Shown: piece after piece, positions 1-10,969 of the stretch
How positions within the stretch are numbered: the stretch's first letter is position 1
Layout of the letters: every line of letters starts with the position of its first letter
Assembly (NCBI GenBank): GCA_038153405.1
Contig: JAYOYH010000009.1
Location: forward strand, 33,996 to 97,995
Length of the DNA: 64,000 nucleotides
Direction: 5' to 3'
Source of the DNA: Gemmatimonadota bacterium
GTDB taxonomy: Bacteria > Latescibacterota > UBA2968 > UBA8231
Program-made: the position numbers and the translations under genes
The notes under the pieces: generated by a model
Databases searched by the model: none
Told to the model about the DNA's origin: nothing
What the model saw: the letters and a program-made list of their open reading frames with translations, nothing else

Positions 1-130
1 GCAAGACATGGTGCAGACCTATCGGCACGGCTGTGCCGAAGCGCGCATTGACTATGCGCTGATCGATACATCGACGTCGTTTGACGTAGCCCTCTCGCGC
101 TACCTAGTGCAGCGACGCAAGATGGGGTAG
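1..130 (+). CDS. 3' end of a gene entering the window, probably a DUF58-family protein (partial)
   Basis: Frame starting at base 2 reads QDMVQTYRHGCAEARIDYALIDTSTSFDVALSRYLVQRRKMG* (TAG 128-130), which resembles DUF58 C-termini. Not in the ORF track. Confidence 0.5.
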   Translation, partial: QDMVQTYRHGCAEARIDYALIDTSTSFDVALSRYLVQRRKMG

Positions 131-145
131 TAGGGGACGGAAGGC

Positions 146-240
146 TCAATCTTGACTTTTTTGTCATCATTGATATGTTCTAATTGCCTGGGCCGATGGC
201 CTCGGGCTTTTTTTAAAGGGTCAATCTTGACTTTTTTGTC
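146..240 (+). promoter_or_regulatory. suf promoter with two identical 20-bp boxes (putative Rrf2/IscR-type operators)
   Basis: TCAATCTTGACTTTTTTGTC at 146-165 and 221-240, with a GAC-N6-GTC dyad. The first box contains -35 TTGACT (152-157), followed by an extended -10 TGaTATGTT (171-179). Confidence 0.7.
186..214 (+). terminator. Intrinsic terminator-like hairpin between the two operator boxes
   Basis: GCCTGGGCC-gat-GGCC(t)CGGGC stem (186-207) followed by T7 (208-214). Confidence 0.55.
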
Positions 241-278
241 TTATTTGCAGCGGCATTCACGAGAGGAGATAGGGCGCG

Positions 279-1778
<1,500 letters not shown>

Positions 1779-1809
1779 TAATTGAACATATTATGCGAGG
1801 AATGGCTAC

Positions 1810-2571
1810 ATGCTGAAAATTGAAAATCTGCAGGCGAGCGTGGGCGATACGCAGATTCTGCGCGGTATAAATTTGAGTGTGAACGCGGGCGAGATCCACG
1901 CCATTATGGGGCCCAACGGATCCGGTAAGAGCACGCTTGCTCAGGTCTTGGCCGGTCGCGACGGCTACGAAGTTACGGGCGGCAGCGCTTCCTTTTTAGA
2001 GCGAGACCTGCTCGATATGGAACCAGAAGAGCGCGCCCGCGAGGGGCTCTTTCTCGCTTTCCAATATCCAGTGGAAATACCGGGAGTGAACTCGACCTAC
2101 TTTTTGCGCACCGGCTATAACGAGATATGCAGGCACCGCGGCAAAGAGGGGCTCGACGCAATGGATTTTCTCCGCCTGGTGCGCGAGAAACTCAAGCTGG
2201 TAGAAATGGATGAAAGCTTTCTCAAGCGCTCGGTCAACGAGGGCTTTTCGGGCGGCGAAAAAAAGCGCCACGAAGTGCTGCAGATGGCCGTTTTGGAGCC
2301 CCGTTTGGCCATTCTCGACGAGACCGACTCCGGTCTCGATATCGATGCACTGCGCGTCGTTGCCAACGGCGTCAATGCCCTGCGTTCGCCCGATAAAGCC
2401 TCCATTATCGTCACCCACTACCAGCGCCTATTGGAATACATCGTACCGGACTACGTGCACGTGCTGTACAAGGGATGCATTGTCCGCTCCGGCGGTAAGG
2501 AACTGGCGCTCGAGCTCGAAGAAAAGGGTTACGATTGGGTCAAAGGCGAAGCGGTAGGAGCGGCGGTATGA
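1810..2571 (+). CDS. sufC: Fe-S cluster assembly ATPase SufC
   Basis: Walker A GPNGSGKST, AFQYPVEIPGV, NEGFSGGEKKR, LDETDSGLD. Confidence 0.98.
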   Translation: MLKIENLQASVGDTQILRGINLSVNAGEIHAIMGPNGSGKSTLAQVLAGRDGYEVTGGSASFLERDLLDMEPEERAREGLFLAFQYPVEIPGVNSTYFLRTGYNEICRHRGKEGLDAMDFLRLVREKLKLVEMDESFLKRSVNEGFSGGEKKRHEVLQMAVLEPRLAILDETDSGLDIDALRVVANGVNALRSPDKASIIVTHYQRLLEYIVPDYVHVLYKGCIVRSGGKELALELEEKGYDWVKGEAVGAAV

Positions 2572-3887
2572 CGCAGGACGCAGATCGCAGTGCGTGGTAC
2601 GTAGAACGCTTTGGCGAGTTTACCCAGGCGCTCAACGGCGAGGCTGCTGCGCCAATTCACCAGGTGCGCACCGACGCGATTGAGTGCTTTGCCGAGTTGG
2701 GTTTTCCCACGGCGCGCGACGAGGAGTGGCGCTACACGAGTTTGGCGGCACTGCTGCGCGAAGATCTCGGCGTTGCCTTGGGTGAGTCTCCGCTGCCAAG
2801 CGACATAGAGCAATGGCGCGTGCCCGGTTTTGATAGCCATCTGCTGGTATTTGTCGACGGCATCTACCAGCCCGCGCTGTCGAGCACAGCCGATCTTGCG
2901 GCCGGCGTATATGCCGGTGAGATGGCCGCCCCGCTGCGCGAGGCGGGGCGCGTCGATGGGTTGGGAGATATCGCGCGGCGCGGGGAAGATGCTTTTGTCG
3001 AGCTCAACACCGCCTTTCTCCGCGATGGGGCGCACGTGCGCATTGCGCGCGGCGTACAGCTCGAGCAGCCCATAGAAGTGCTCTTTATCGCCAGTCGCCC
3101 GCGCTGTGCAGTGCATCCTCGCTTGTTGGTACACGTTGAAGACAATGCCAGCGCCACGCTCGTCGAGCGCTATGTAAGCCTTGGCAACGAGGTGCATTTG
3201 ACCAATGCACTTGCCGAGTTCCGCGTGGGCGAAAACGCGCAGTTTGATCACTATCGCGTGCAGTCGGAAAGCAATGCCGCGCTGCACGTCTCCGCTCTCT
3301 ACGTGCGCGAGGAGCGCAGTAGCACTTTTCGCTCGACCTGCTTCACGGTGGGCGGCGCACTGACTCGCAACCACGTGCATACCCAGTTGCAGGGCGAGGG
3401 CATCGACTCGACGCTCAACGGATTGTACGTAGCTGAAGGTCACCAGCACGTGGACAACCATACGCTGATTGAACACGTCCAACCCCACTGTCAAAGTCAC
3501 GAGTTCTACAAGGGCATTCTGGCCGACGATGCGACCGGTGTGTTTCGCGGTCAGATCCTCGTGCACCAGGCCGCCCAGAAGACGGATGCCTACCAGGCAA
3601 ATCGCAACTTATTGCTTTCCGATCGCGCCGAAATCAATACCAAACCGCAGTTGGAGATCTACGCCGACGACGTCAAGTGCTCGCACGGCGCCACCATCGG
3701 CCAGCTAGACGAAGACGCCATATTCTACCTGCGCTCGCGCGGAATAGGACGCGCAGCGGCGCGGCGCGTGTTGACGCGCGCCTTCGCCGGTGAGGTGATC
3801 GAACGCGTGCGCATCGAGCCGCTGCGCGCGCTGATTGAAGAGTGCGTCGGCCAGCGTTTAGAGCGAGCCGCCGCCCTGCTGGAGTAA
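2568..3887 (+). CDS. sufD: Fe-S cluster assembly protein SufD
   Basis: EEWRYT, KPQLEIYADDVKCSHGATIGQLD, FYLRSRGI. ATG at 2568 overlaps the sufC stop (ATGA). Confidence 0.96.
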   Translation: MTQDADRSAWYVERFGEFTQALNGEAAAPIHQVRTDAIECFAELGFPTARDEEWRYTSLAALLREDLGVALGESPLPSDIEQWRVPGFDSHLLVFVDGIYQPALSSTADLAAGVYAGEMAAPLREAGRVDGLGDIARRGEDAFVELNTAFLRDGAHVRIARGVQLEQPIEVLFIASRPRCAVHPRLLVHVEDNASATLVERYVSLGNEVHLTNALAEFRVGENAQFDHYRVQSESNAALHVSALYVREERSSTFRSTCFTVGGALTRNHVHTQLQGEGIDSTLNGLYVAEGHQHVDNHTLIEHVQPHCQSHEFYKGILADDATGVFRGQILVHQAAQKTDAYQANRNLLLSDRAEINTKPQLEIYADDVKCSHGATIGQLDEDAIFYLRSRGIGRAAARRVLTRAFAGEVIERVRIEPLRALIEECVGQRLERAAALLE

Positions 3888-3892
3888 TCTGC

Positions 3893-5149
3893 ATGAGCGT
3901 TCCCGCAAAAGATACCGCGCCCGCATTGCCGCTCGACGTCGAGCGCATTCGCCGAGACTTTCCCCTGCTACAAGAGCGCATTCGCGGCAAGGAGTTGGTC
4001 TACCTAGACAACGCGGCGACGACGCAAAAACCACTGACGGTTATCTACGCGCTGCAGCACTTCTACGCTACCGAGAACGCCAATATACACCGCGGCGTAC
4101 ACTTACTTAGCCAGCAGGCGACATTTGCCTACGAGCGCGCTCGCGGTCGGATCGGGCAGTTTCTCAACGCCGCTGAACCGAGTGAGATCGTCTTCGTGCG
4201 CGGTGCGACAGAAGGTATCAACCTCGTTGCGCACAGCTACGGCCGTCGCGCCGTAGGTGCCGGCGACGAGATTATTGTCTCGCAAATGGAGCACCACTCC
4301 AATATCGTTCCATGGCAGGTGCTGTGCGAGGAAAAGGGTGCCGTACTCAAGGTTGCGCCGTTGAACGAAGCCGGCGAATTACTGCTCGATGAATACGAAA
4401 AATTGCTCAGCGAGCGCACGAAGATCGTCGCCGTGTCGCATGCCTCAAATGCCCTGGGCACGATAAATCCGATTGGGCAAATTACAGATATGGCGCATGC
4501 GCAGGGAGCCGTCGTGCTCGTTGACGGGGCTCAAGGCGTGCCGCATATGCCGGTTGACGTGCGCGCCATCGACTGCGATTTCTACGTCTTTTCCGGCCAT
4601 AAGCTCTTCGCTCCCACCGGATCGGGTGCGCTGTACGGCAAGAAATCTCTCCTCGAGCAGATGCCGCCGTGGGAGACGGGTGGCGGCATGATACAGCGGG
4701 TCAGCTTTGAGCGGGGCACGACCTATGCCGATGTGCCGATGCGCTTTGAGGCGGGCACGCCGCATATTGCAGGAGGCATCGGTATAGCCGCAGCCATCGA
4801 CTACGTCAACTCGGTGGGCCGCACGGCCATTGCCCAGTACGAAGACGAATTGCTGCGCTACGCCACGGAGCTGATTGGCCAGATCGACGGCGTGCGCATC
4901 ATCGGCACGGCCCGCGAAAAGGTGGGCGTGATATCGTTTGTAATGGATTCTGCGCATCCGCACGATATCGGCACAATCCTAGATGCAGAGGGTATCGCCG
5001 TGCGCGCGGGACATCACTGCGCCCAGCCGCTGATGCAGTTCTACGGCGTGCCGGCTACGGTGCGCGCTTCGCTGGCTTTTTACAATACGCATGCAGAAAT
5101 AGACGCATTGGCTGCGGGCATCCGCAAGGTACAAGAGGTGTTTAACTGA
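3893..5149 (+). CDS. sufS: Cysteine desulfurase SufS
   Basis: YLDNAATTQKP, MEHHSN, FSGHK (PLP Lys), RAGHHCA. Start reassigned to ATG 3893. Confidence 0.97.
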   Translation: MSVPAKDTAPALPLDVERIRRDFPLLQERIRGKELVYLDNAATTQKPLTVIYALQHFYATENANIHRGVHLLSQQATFAYERARGRIGQFLNAAEPSEIVFVRGATEGINLVAHSYGRRAVGAGDEIIVSQMEHHSNIVPWQVLCEEKGAVLKVAPLNEAGELLLDEYEKLLSERTKIVAVSHASNALGTINPIGQITDMAHAQGAVVLVDGAQGVPHMPVDVRAIDCDFYVFSGHKLFAPTGSGALYGKKSLLEQMPPWETGGGMIQRVSFERGTTYADVPMRFEAGTPHIAGGIGIAAAIDYVNSVGRTAIAQYEDELLRYATELIGQIDGVRIIGTAREKVGVISFVMDSAHPHDIGTILDAEGIAVRAGHHCAQPLMQFYGVPATVRASLAFYNTHAEIDALAAGIRKVQEVFN

Positions 5150-5601
5150 TGAGCGAACTGCGTGAGCTATACCAAGAAATTATACTCGACCACAATAAAA
5201 ACCCGCGTAACTTTGGCAAGCTCGAAGGCGCCAATCGCGCCCAGGAAGGCTACAATCCGCTGTGTGGGGATCACTTGCATATCTATTTGCAGGTAGCAGA
5301 AGATCGCATTGAAGGCATTAGCTTTGAGGGGTCGGGTTGTGCCATATCTAAGGCATCGGCTTCGCTGATGACTGCTGCGCTCAAGGGCAAAGGCGTAGCT
5401 GAAGCCGAACAGCTGTTCGAAGACTTTCACGCCATGGTCATGGCCGATGTGGCAGAGCCGATAGACGAGACCAAGCTGGGCAAGATGGCCATCTTTGCCG
5501 GCGTGCGCGAGTTTCCCATGCGCGTTAAATGCGCCACGCTCGCTTGGCATGCGATGAAGTCGGCACTCTCCGGTGCCGATGCACCCATTTCGACCGAGTA
5601 G
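5149..5601 (+). CDS. sufU: SufU (IscU-like) sulfur transfer protein
   Basis: LYQEIILDH, NPLCGD, GCAISKAS, RVKCA. Confidence 0.95.
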   Translation: MSELRELYQEIILDHNKNPRNFGKLEGANRAQEGYNPLCGDHLHIYLQVAEDRIEGISFEGSGCAISKASASLMTAALKGKGVAEAEQLFEDFHAMVMADVAEPIDETKLGKMAIFAGVREFPMRVKCATLAWHAMKSALSGADAPISTE

Positions 5602-5614
5602 GAGGACCCATTGT

Positions 5615-5953
5615 ATGACCGCGCTACATGAGAAGAGCTTTGCAGAGGGCAGCACCGAGGCGCGCATAGTCGAAGTGCTCAAGACCTGCTATGACCCAGA
5701 GATCCCCGTGGATATTTACGAACTGGGCTTGATATATGACGTGCAAATCAACGAGGAAAACTTTGCGCAGGTCACCATGACGCTTACCTCGCCCGCCTGC
5801 CCCGTCGCCGGCACGCTGCCGCCCGAAGTGCAGCAGAAAATCAAGGACGATGTCGAGGGGCTAAGCGGTGTGTCGGTCGATATTGTTTGGGATCCGCCGT
5901 GGTCGGTCGACTTGATGTCTGAAGGCGCCAAACTGGAACTGGGTATGATGTAG
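5615..5953 (+). CDS. sufT: DUF59/SufT Fe-S assembly protein
   Basis: YDPEIPVDIYELGLIY, TLTSPACPVA, WDPPW. AGGAGG RBS upstream of ATG 5615. Confidence 0.9.
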   Translation: MTALHEKSFAEGSTEARIVEVLKTCYDPEIPVDIYELGLIYDVQINEENFAQVTMTLTSPACPVAGTLPPEVQQKIKDDVEGLSGVSVDIVWDPPWSVDLMSEGAKLELGMM

Positions 5954-5962
5954 AGTGCGGCT

Positions 5963-6430
5963 ATGAAACTGAGTTCACAAGAGGAGTATGGACTGCGCTG
6001 CTTGCTCCACTTAGCGCGCCAGGAGTACGGCACGAGCCTGACGATTCCAGAAATTAGCCAGGCCGAAGGTATTTCGCATCACAACGTGGGCAAGCTGTTG
6101 CGGATTCTGCGTCAAAGTGGTTTTGTCGAGAGCGTGCGCGGCCAACACGGCGGCTATGCGCTGGCTCGCGCCCCGGAGCAGGTCGTCGTTGCAGACGTGT
6201 TAAACGCCCTGGGCGGCCGTCTCTTTGATTCGAACTTTTGCGACCAGCACAGCGGTGCCGAGGAAAACTGCGCACACACGCTCAGCGCCTGCTCCGTGCG
6301 CGCGCTGTGGAGCCGTCTGCAGGATGCGGTCGACGGGGTTTTACAGCAGCTCACGCTGCGCGACTTGCTGCGCGAAGGATACCTGTTTAAAGACGCGGAA
6401 GATTCGCGCCTGTTGGACATCGTCCTCTAA
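5963..6430 (+). CDS. Rrf2-family transcriptional regulator (IscR/SufR-like)
   Basis: EYGLRCL, SVRGQHGGYAL wing, and three C-terminal Cys (FC-x9-C-x6-C). Confidence 0.92.
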   Translation: MKLSSQEEYGLRCLLHLARQEYGTSLTIPEISQAEGISHHNVGKLLRILRQSGFVESVRGQHGGYALARAPEQVVVADVLNALGGRLFDSNFCDQHSGAEENCAHTLSACSVRALWSRLQDAVDGVLQQLTLRDLLREGYLFKDAEDSRLLDIVL

Positions 6431-6448
6431 GCGTCTACAGCTACCTGT

Positions 6449-7384
6449 TTAAGGCGACTCGATCGCGCGCTGTATGCGATCGAGTGCTTCCATCACCGGC
6501 AGGCATGCACTGCAACTGGTCAGCGCCTTACGACCCTCTCTAATAGCGGCGAGAAACTCGCCGTCTTGCGCCTCGACCCCGCCGCTATCTACGATGGGTA
6601 TTTCTCCCCTCTCGCAGTCGATAAGTTGGCCCTTTTCCACGATGAGCGTGGTTTCCTGACAAATGATGCGGTAATGGCTTTGGATTGGGCCGTGATGATT
6701 AAAGGAATGGGCTGAAGTCACGAGTGCTCCGCGCTGCGAGCGCATAGCGATCGACAGGTCCATGGGAATATCCAGTTCGGGATGCATGGGGCCGACTTGT
6801 CCCCACGTCTGTGCGGTCAGGTCGCCCAGCAGCCAGTGTGCCATATCTACCATGTGACAGGCCTGATGCCAAAGCAAATCGTCAACCCAAGTGCGCGGTT
6901 TGCCAAAGCGATTTTCGTTTTTCCTGCGAAAGAAGTAGGTTTGCTGCACGATGTGCAGCGGCGTTAGCTGGCCGGCATCAATGCGTTTTTTTAGTTCGCG
7001 AAATGCGCCGTTATAGCGCTGAGTGTGGCACACCATGCACACTTTGCCGGTGCGCTGTTCTGCTGCTACTATGCGCTGCGATTCCTCTAGGGTGAGCCCC
7101 ATGGGAATCTCGATCAGCACGTGTTTACCCGCCTCCATTGCCGCAATGGCCTGTGCACAATGCACCTGGTTGGGCGAGCAGAGAATCACGGCTTCGACGT
7201 CTTCTCGGTCTAAGCATTCGGAGAAATTTAGCGACCAGTGCGGAATGTTCCACGCGTTGGCAAATGCTTCTGCATCACCGGAAATACCTCCGGCTAGCGA
7301 CGACACTTCTACATCGTCTAATGACTGCAGCGCCTGTAGATGAGTTAGTCCTTGAGCCCCTTCGCCAGCAACGCAAATTTTCAT
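6449..7384 (-). CDS. Gfo/Idh/MocA oxidoreductase, LigC (CHMS dehydrogenase)-like
   Basis: GKHVLIEIP and QTYFFRRKN..G.PRTWVDDLLWHQACH resemble LigC as I recall it. Confidence 0.8.
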   Translation of the reverse strand: MKICVAGEGAQGLTHLQALQSLDDVEVSSLAGGISGDAEAFANAWNIPHWSLNFSECLDREDVEAVILCSPNQVHCAQAIAAMEAGKHVLIEIPMGLTLEESQRIVAAEQRTGKVCMVCHTQRYNGAFRELKKRIDAGQLTPLHIVQQTYFFRRKNENRFGKPRTWVDDLLWHQACHMVDMAHWLLGDLTAQTWGQVGPMHPELDIPMDLSIAMRSQRGALVTSAHSFNHHGPIQSHYRIICQETTLIVEKGQLIDCERGEIPIVDSGGVEAQDGEFLAAIREGRKALTSCSACLPVMEALDRIQRAIESP

Positions 7385-7583
7385 AGGTTATCTCCGCGAT
7401 AATGATTCGATTGTAGTCGACGTGCGGCGCTAATATAACTCATAGCGCGAGAGCGATCTACAGAGTTGATAACGCAATAAATCAGCTTGCTCAATAAATG
7501 CATATTGGTTATTTTTTCACTCAGAATTGAGTTGTAAAACGATGAGCTTCGTAGTGTATCGTCACTCAAGGGAGGTAGTTTCC

Positions 7584-7802
7584 ATGGCGAAAGCGAAAGC
7601 TAAGAAGGCACCGGCCAAGAAAGCCGCTGCTAAGAAAGCTCCGGCCAAGAAAGCCGCTGCTAAGAAGGCACCGGCTAAGAAGAAGGCCGCTGCTAAGAAG
7701 GCACCGGCTAAGAAAGCCGCTGCTAAGAAGGCACCGGCTAAGAAAGCCGCTGCTAAGAAAGCTCCGGCTAAGAAGAAGGCCGCTGCTAAGAAGAAGAAGT
7801 AG
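7584..7802 (+). CDS. Histone H1-like Lys/Ala/Pro-repeat protein (72 aa)
   Basis: GGAGG RBS at 7571-7575, ATG 7584, [10 protein letters not shown] repeats with synonymous codon variation, own terminator. Confidence 0.85.
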   Translation: MAKAKAKKAPAKKAAAKKAPAKKAAAKKAPAKKKAAAKKAPAKKAAAKKAPAKKAAAKKAPAKKKAAAKKKK

Positions 7803-7826
7803 CGCTTTAATTAGCAAGTATCATGC

Positions 7827-7860
7827 AAAAAACGCCCGCTCGTATGAGCGGGCGTTTTTT
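7827..7860. terminator. Bidirectional intrinsic terminator
   Basis: A6-CGCCCGCTC-gtat-GAGCGGGCG-T6 between convergent genes. Confidence 0.9.
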
Positions 7861-9769
7861 ATTGCCAGGTGTGCTGTGAGAGCTGCGCTATCAGATTGGG
7901 TAGCTGGCGTGGTGCGTATGCTGGGCGCTGCGTCTCGCGCAGGTCAAATCCAAAGGCGCGTTTGCTGAGCACGATAATAGGTGGAGCTTGAATGCGTTTG
8001 AAAAAGTTGATGCGCACTTGGCGCTCGACCCACTGCAGATCATCTAACCACGCGCGCGCGTCCGGGAAGTAGCGCTTGAACTGCGCGCGGTCGTCCCATC
8101 CTAACCGCGCGAAAAATACGCCGTCCAAGTACCACTGTATAAAGTCACATGCCGAATAGCGATATTCGATGATTTGGCGCAGCAGGGCATCGTGGTATCC
8201 ATACTTAATCGGATCGCCTAGGCCCTTGGTCACATCCTGTGCCGCAGAAAGCTCGGCGCTGGGGACGGTCTGTCCATTGATGATGTTGTCGGGCACAACT
8301 TCGCTTGCGTAAACGGATTCGTTTAGATAGCGCGCAAGAGCGAAGACCTGAACTTTGTAGAGGTCGGCGATGGGTGCGACCGCGCCGCTGACGTCTCCGT
8401 AGAGCGTAGCATAGCCCAGCGCCACTTCCGTCTTATTGCCGTTGTTGGTGAAGAGCATGCCGCACTTGGCCGCGAGGCCAGACAGGACATCGGCAAAGCG
8501 GATGCGCGCCTGGATATTTTCGTCTACCAAGCGCGTGTATTCGCCTGCGTGATGGGCGAATTCCGTGCCTTGGATAGTTGTGGATACGGCATCGTATAAT
8601 GGGCCGATGGGACAGCTCAGATAGTCGATGCCCAGCGCGGTGCAGACGTGGCGCGCATTGTCCTGCGTAATTTGCGAGTTGAAGCGCGTTGGCATATTGA
8701 CCGCGCATACGCGCTGTGCACCAAAGGTGCGCTCGAGCAGGCAAAGGATTACGCTGGAGTCGATGCCCCCGCTAGCGGCGACGAGGAACTTGTTTTCCGC
8801 GCCGCGAATGTGATCCAGATGGCGTAGACCGGTGCAGATTGCATGGAAGATAGCGTTTTCTTCGCTCTGCTGAGCGCGGGCAGCGACATGGTCCGTGCTA
8901 TAGGCGATATCTTCCGTCCAAGGGCGCGTGCGCTGAGTTGCCGTGCCATCGCTAGCGTACCCCGTGCTATCTCCGTCAAAAACCAAAATATTTTTGCCGT
9001 TGTTTTGCGCGCCGACTTGGTTGACGTAAAAAAAAGGCAGCGGCGAAGACGACAAAATTGCGCGCACTACGCGGTTGCGCTTGTCGTTTTTTTGCCATGT
9101 CCACGGCGAGGCTGACAGGTTAAAGACGGCCTGTGCGCCGCGCTCTTTATAGACTTTTAATGTGTCGAGGACTTCGCCGCTGCGACAGTAGTCTTGGCAC
9201 CACATATCCTCGCATAGCTGCACGCCAAAGTGGAACGTGCGCCCATCGCGCAGGGGCACTGAATAGGGGTAGATCCAATCAAAAGGTGAGCGCCCCTCGG
9301 CGTCGGCCAGCTGGCGCAGGGAAAAGAAATGGCGGTCGTCGTCAAAGAAGCGATAGTTGGGGTGTAGCGTTTTGGGGTGGATGCCGTGTGGTAGGCCGGC
9401 GGGGACATCTGCGCGTTGCACATACTCGCCGTCGTGGCACACGTAAACGGCATTGTACTTGCGTTGTCGGCCGTCCTGGCCGATGTGACGAGGGGCTGTG
9501 GCGACGTTGCCAAAGACGACGGTCAGGCCGCTGCTGGCGGCGCAAATATCATCGCTGTACGAGGCAAAATCATCGACATAGGCGTCCATTTCCCAGAGGT
9601 CGCCGAGGATGTAACCGCTTATACATAGCTCGGAAAAGACGGCAATTTCGCCCCCATCGGCGCGCACGCGTACCAGCTGTTCGATCATATGGGCGACGTT
9701 GAGGTCGGGGCGGCCCGGCTTCACGTCCATCTGCACTAGGGCGATTTTTGGCAGGTCGGTTTGCGACAT
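7859..9769 (-). CDS. nadE: Glutamine-dependent NAD+ synthetase
   Basis: Nitrilase domain (FSEL, PKTL, LCED) plus SGGIDS, ENIQARIR, GYATLYGD, PSAEL. Confidence 0.95.
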   Translation of the reverse strand: MSQTDLPKIALVQMDVKPGRPDLNVAHMIEQLVRVRADGGEIAVFSELCISGYILGDLWEMDAYVDDFASYSDDICAASSGLTVVFGNVATAPRHIGQDGRQRKYNAVYVCHDGEYVQRADVPAGLPHGIHPKTLHPNYRFFDDDRHFFSLRQLADAEGRSPFDWIYPYSVPLRDGRTFHFGVQLCEDMWCQDYCRSGEVLDTLKVYKERGAQAVFNLSASPWTWQKNDKRNRVVRAILSSSPLPFFYVNQVGAQNNGKNILVFDGDSTGYASDGTATQRTRPWTEDIAYSTDHVAARAQQSEENAIFHAICTGLRHLDHIRGAENKFLVAASGGIDSSVILCLLERTFGAQRVCAVNMPTRFNSQITQDNARHVCTALGIDYLSCPIGPLYDAVSTTIQGTEFAHHAGEYTRLVDENIQARIRFADVLSGLAAKCGMLFTNNGNKTEVALGYATLYGDVSGAVAPIADLYKVQVFALARYLNESVYASEVVPDNIINGQTVPSAELSAAQDVTKGLGDPIKYGYHDALLRQIIEYRYSACDFIQWYLDGVFFARLGWDDRAQFKRYFPDARAWLDDLQWVERQVRINFFKRIQAPPIIVLSKRAFGFDLRETQRPAYAPRQLPNLIAQLSQHTWQ

Positions 9770-9772
9770 AGT

Positions 9773-10906
9773 TCAGGACGTAACGGCGGTTCCCACGCGC
9801 GCCTGATGGATGCATTCGCCGAGCAGGCGCACGCCTTGGCCAATGGATTCCAACGAGGCAAAGCCAAAGGCCAGTCGTAGATAGGGAATATCCTGGTGGC
9901 GAATGTGGAAATTGCTGCCGCGGGCGTAGATAATGCCGCGCTCGTCGGCCAGTGCCTGCAGCTGGCCGACGTCGACGTCGTCGGGGAAGCGCACCCAAAT
10001 AAACATGCCACCGGCCGGTCGGCTCCAGGAGCAGATAGCGCCGACGCTCTCCTCGAGGCCGGCGAATACGGCATCGCGCTTAATGCGCAGCAGGTCGTTG
10101 CAGTAGGCGACGTGCTGCCAGAGTCGGTCGCGGAAAAAAGCCGCGCAAATGGCAGCCGTAAGCGCGCTGTGACCGCCATCAAAGCGTCGTTTCAGCAGGC
10201 GCTTGAGCATGGTTGGTCGCGCCAACACGTAGCCCTCGCGCACGCCGGGGCCGAGAATTTTCGATAGCGAGCAGATGTAGATAATGCGCTCGCTGTCGTC
10301 TAACGCGTAAAGAGAAGGTGGCACTTCGCCTTCAAAGTGCACGTCGCCGTAGCAGTTGTCCTCGACGACGATACATCCGTAGTGGGCGGCAATCTCGAGC
10401 AACTTTTTGCGCCGCTCTAGCGGCATGATGGAGCCGGTGGGATTCTGATAGGTCGTCAGCGTGTAGATAAAGGCCGGCGGCGTTTTCTTGGCGTGCAGAT
10501 CGGCCATCGTTTCTGCCAGCGCGTCCATGCACATGCCGTGCTCATCGACGGGCACGCCGACCAGGGTGGCGCCGAGGCCCGCATAGGCGCCAATGGTGCC
10601 TGAATAAGTAAGTTCTTCGCAGACGATGACATCGCCAGGGTGGCGCATGAGCGCTTCGGCGCACAGCGTCACCGCCTGCATTGACCCACTCATGAGGGCG
10701 ATGTGGTTGGGATCGACCGAAACGCCCTCGCGCTTGGCCTCGCGTGCGGCCATCAACTCGCGCAGGTCGAGGCGGCCGTAGTCACCGGGATAGCGCACGA
10801 GTTCGGAGCCCATATCGAGCACGGCCTGGCGCGCGGCTTCGGCGAAGGCCTCTGTAGGAAAGGAAAGCGGATCGGTGCGGCCGCTGCCAAAATCAAATGC
10901 AGACAT
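9773..10906 (-). CDS. PLP-dependent class I/II aminotransferase (LysN/MocR-domain-like)
   Basis: YQNPTG, IVVEDNCY, SLSKILGPGVR, PAGGMFIW. Confidence 0.9.
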   Translation of the reverse strand: MSAFDFGSGRTDPLSFPTEAFAEAARQAVLDMGSELVRYPGDYGRLDLRELMAAREAKREGVSVDPNHIALMSGSMQAVTLCAEALMRHPGDVIVCEELTYSGTIGAYAGLGATLVGVPVDEHGMCMDALAETMADLHAKKTPPAFIYTLTTYQNPTGSIMPLERRKKLLEIAAHYGCIVVEDNCYGDVHFEGEVPPSLYALDDSERIIYICSLSKILGPGVREGYVLARPTMLKRLLKRRFDGGHSALTAAICAAFFRDRLWQHVAYCNDLLRIKRDAVFAGLEESVGAICSWSRPAGGMFIWVRFPDDVDVGQLQALADERGIIYARGSNFHIRHQDIPYLRLAFGFASLESIGQGVRLLGECIHQARVGTAVTS

Positions 10907-10969
10907 GGCGATTCTCCTCAGTTAGTCGGCGGGCTTGCGGGGACGGAAGTCGGTGCATACATGCGTGCT

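Noticed and set aside
7602..7800. Short tandem repeats resembling a CRISPR or VNTR array
   Set aside because: Coding repeats with third-position variation, no unique spacers and no cas genes.
7566..7817. Leu/Ser-repeat ORF on the minus strand
   Set aside because: Antisense of the Lys/Ala repeat gene; the RBS and terminator support the plus strand.
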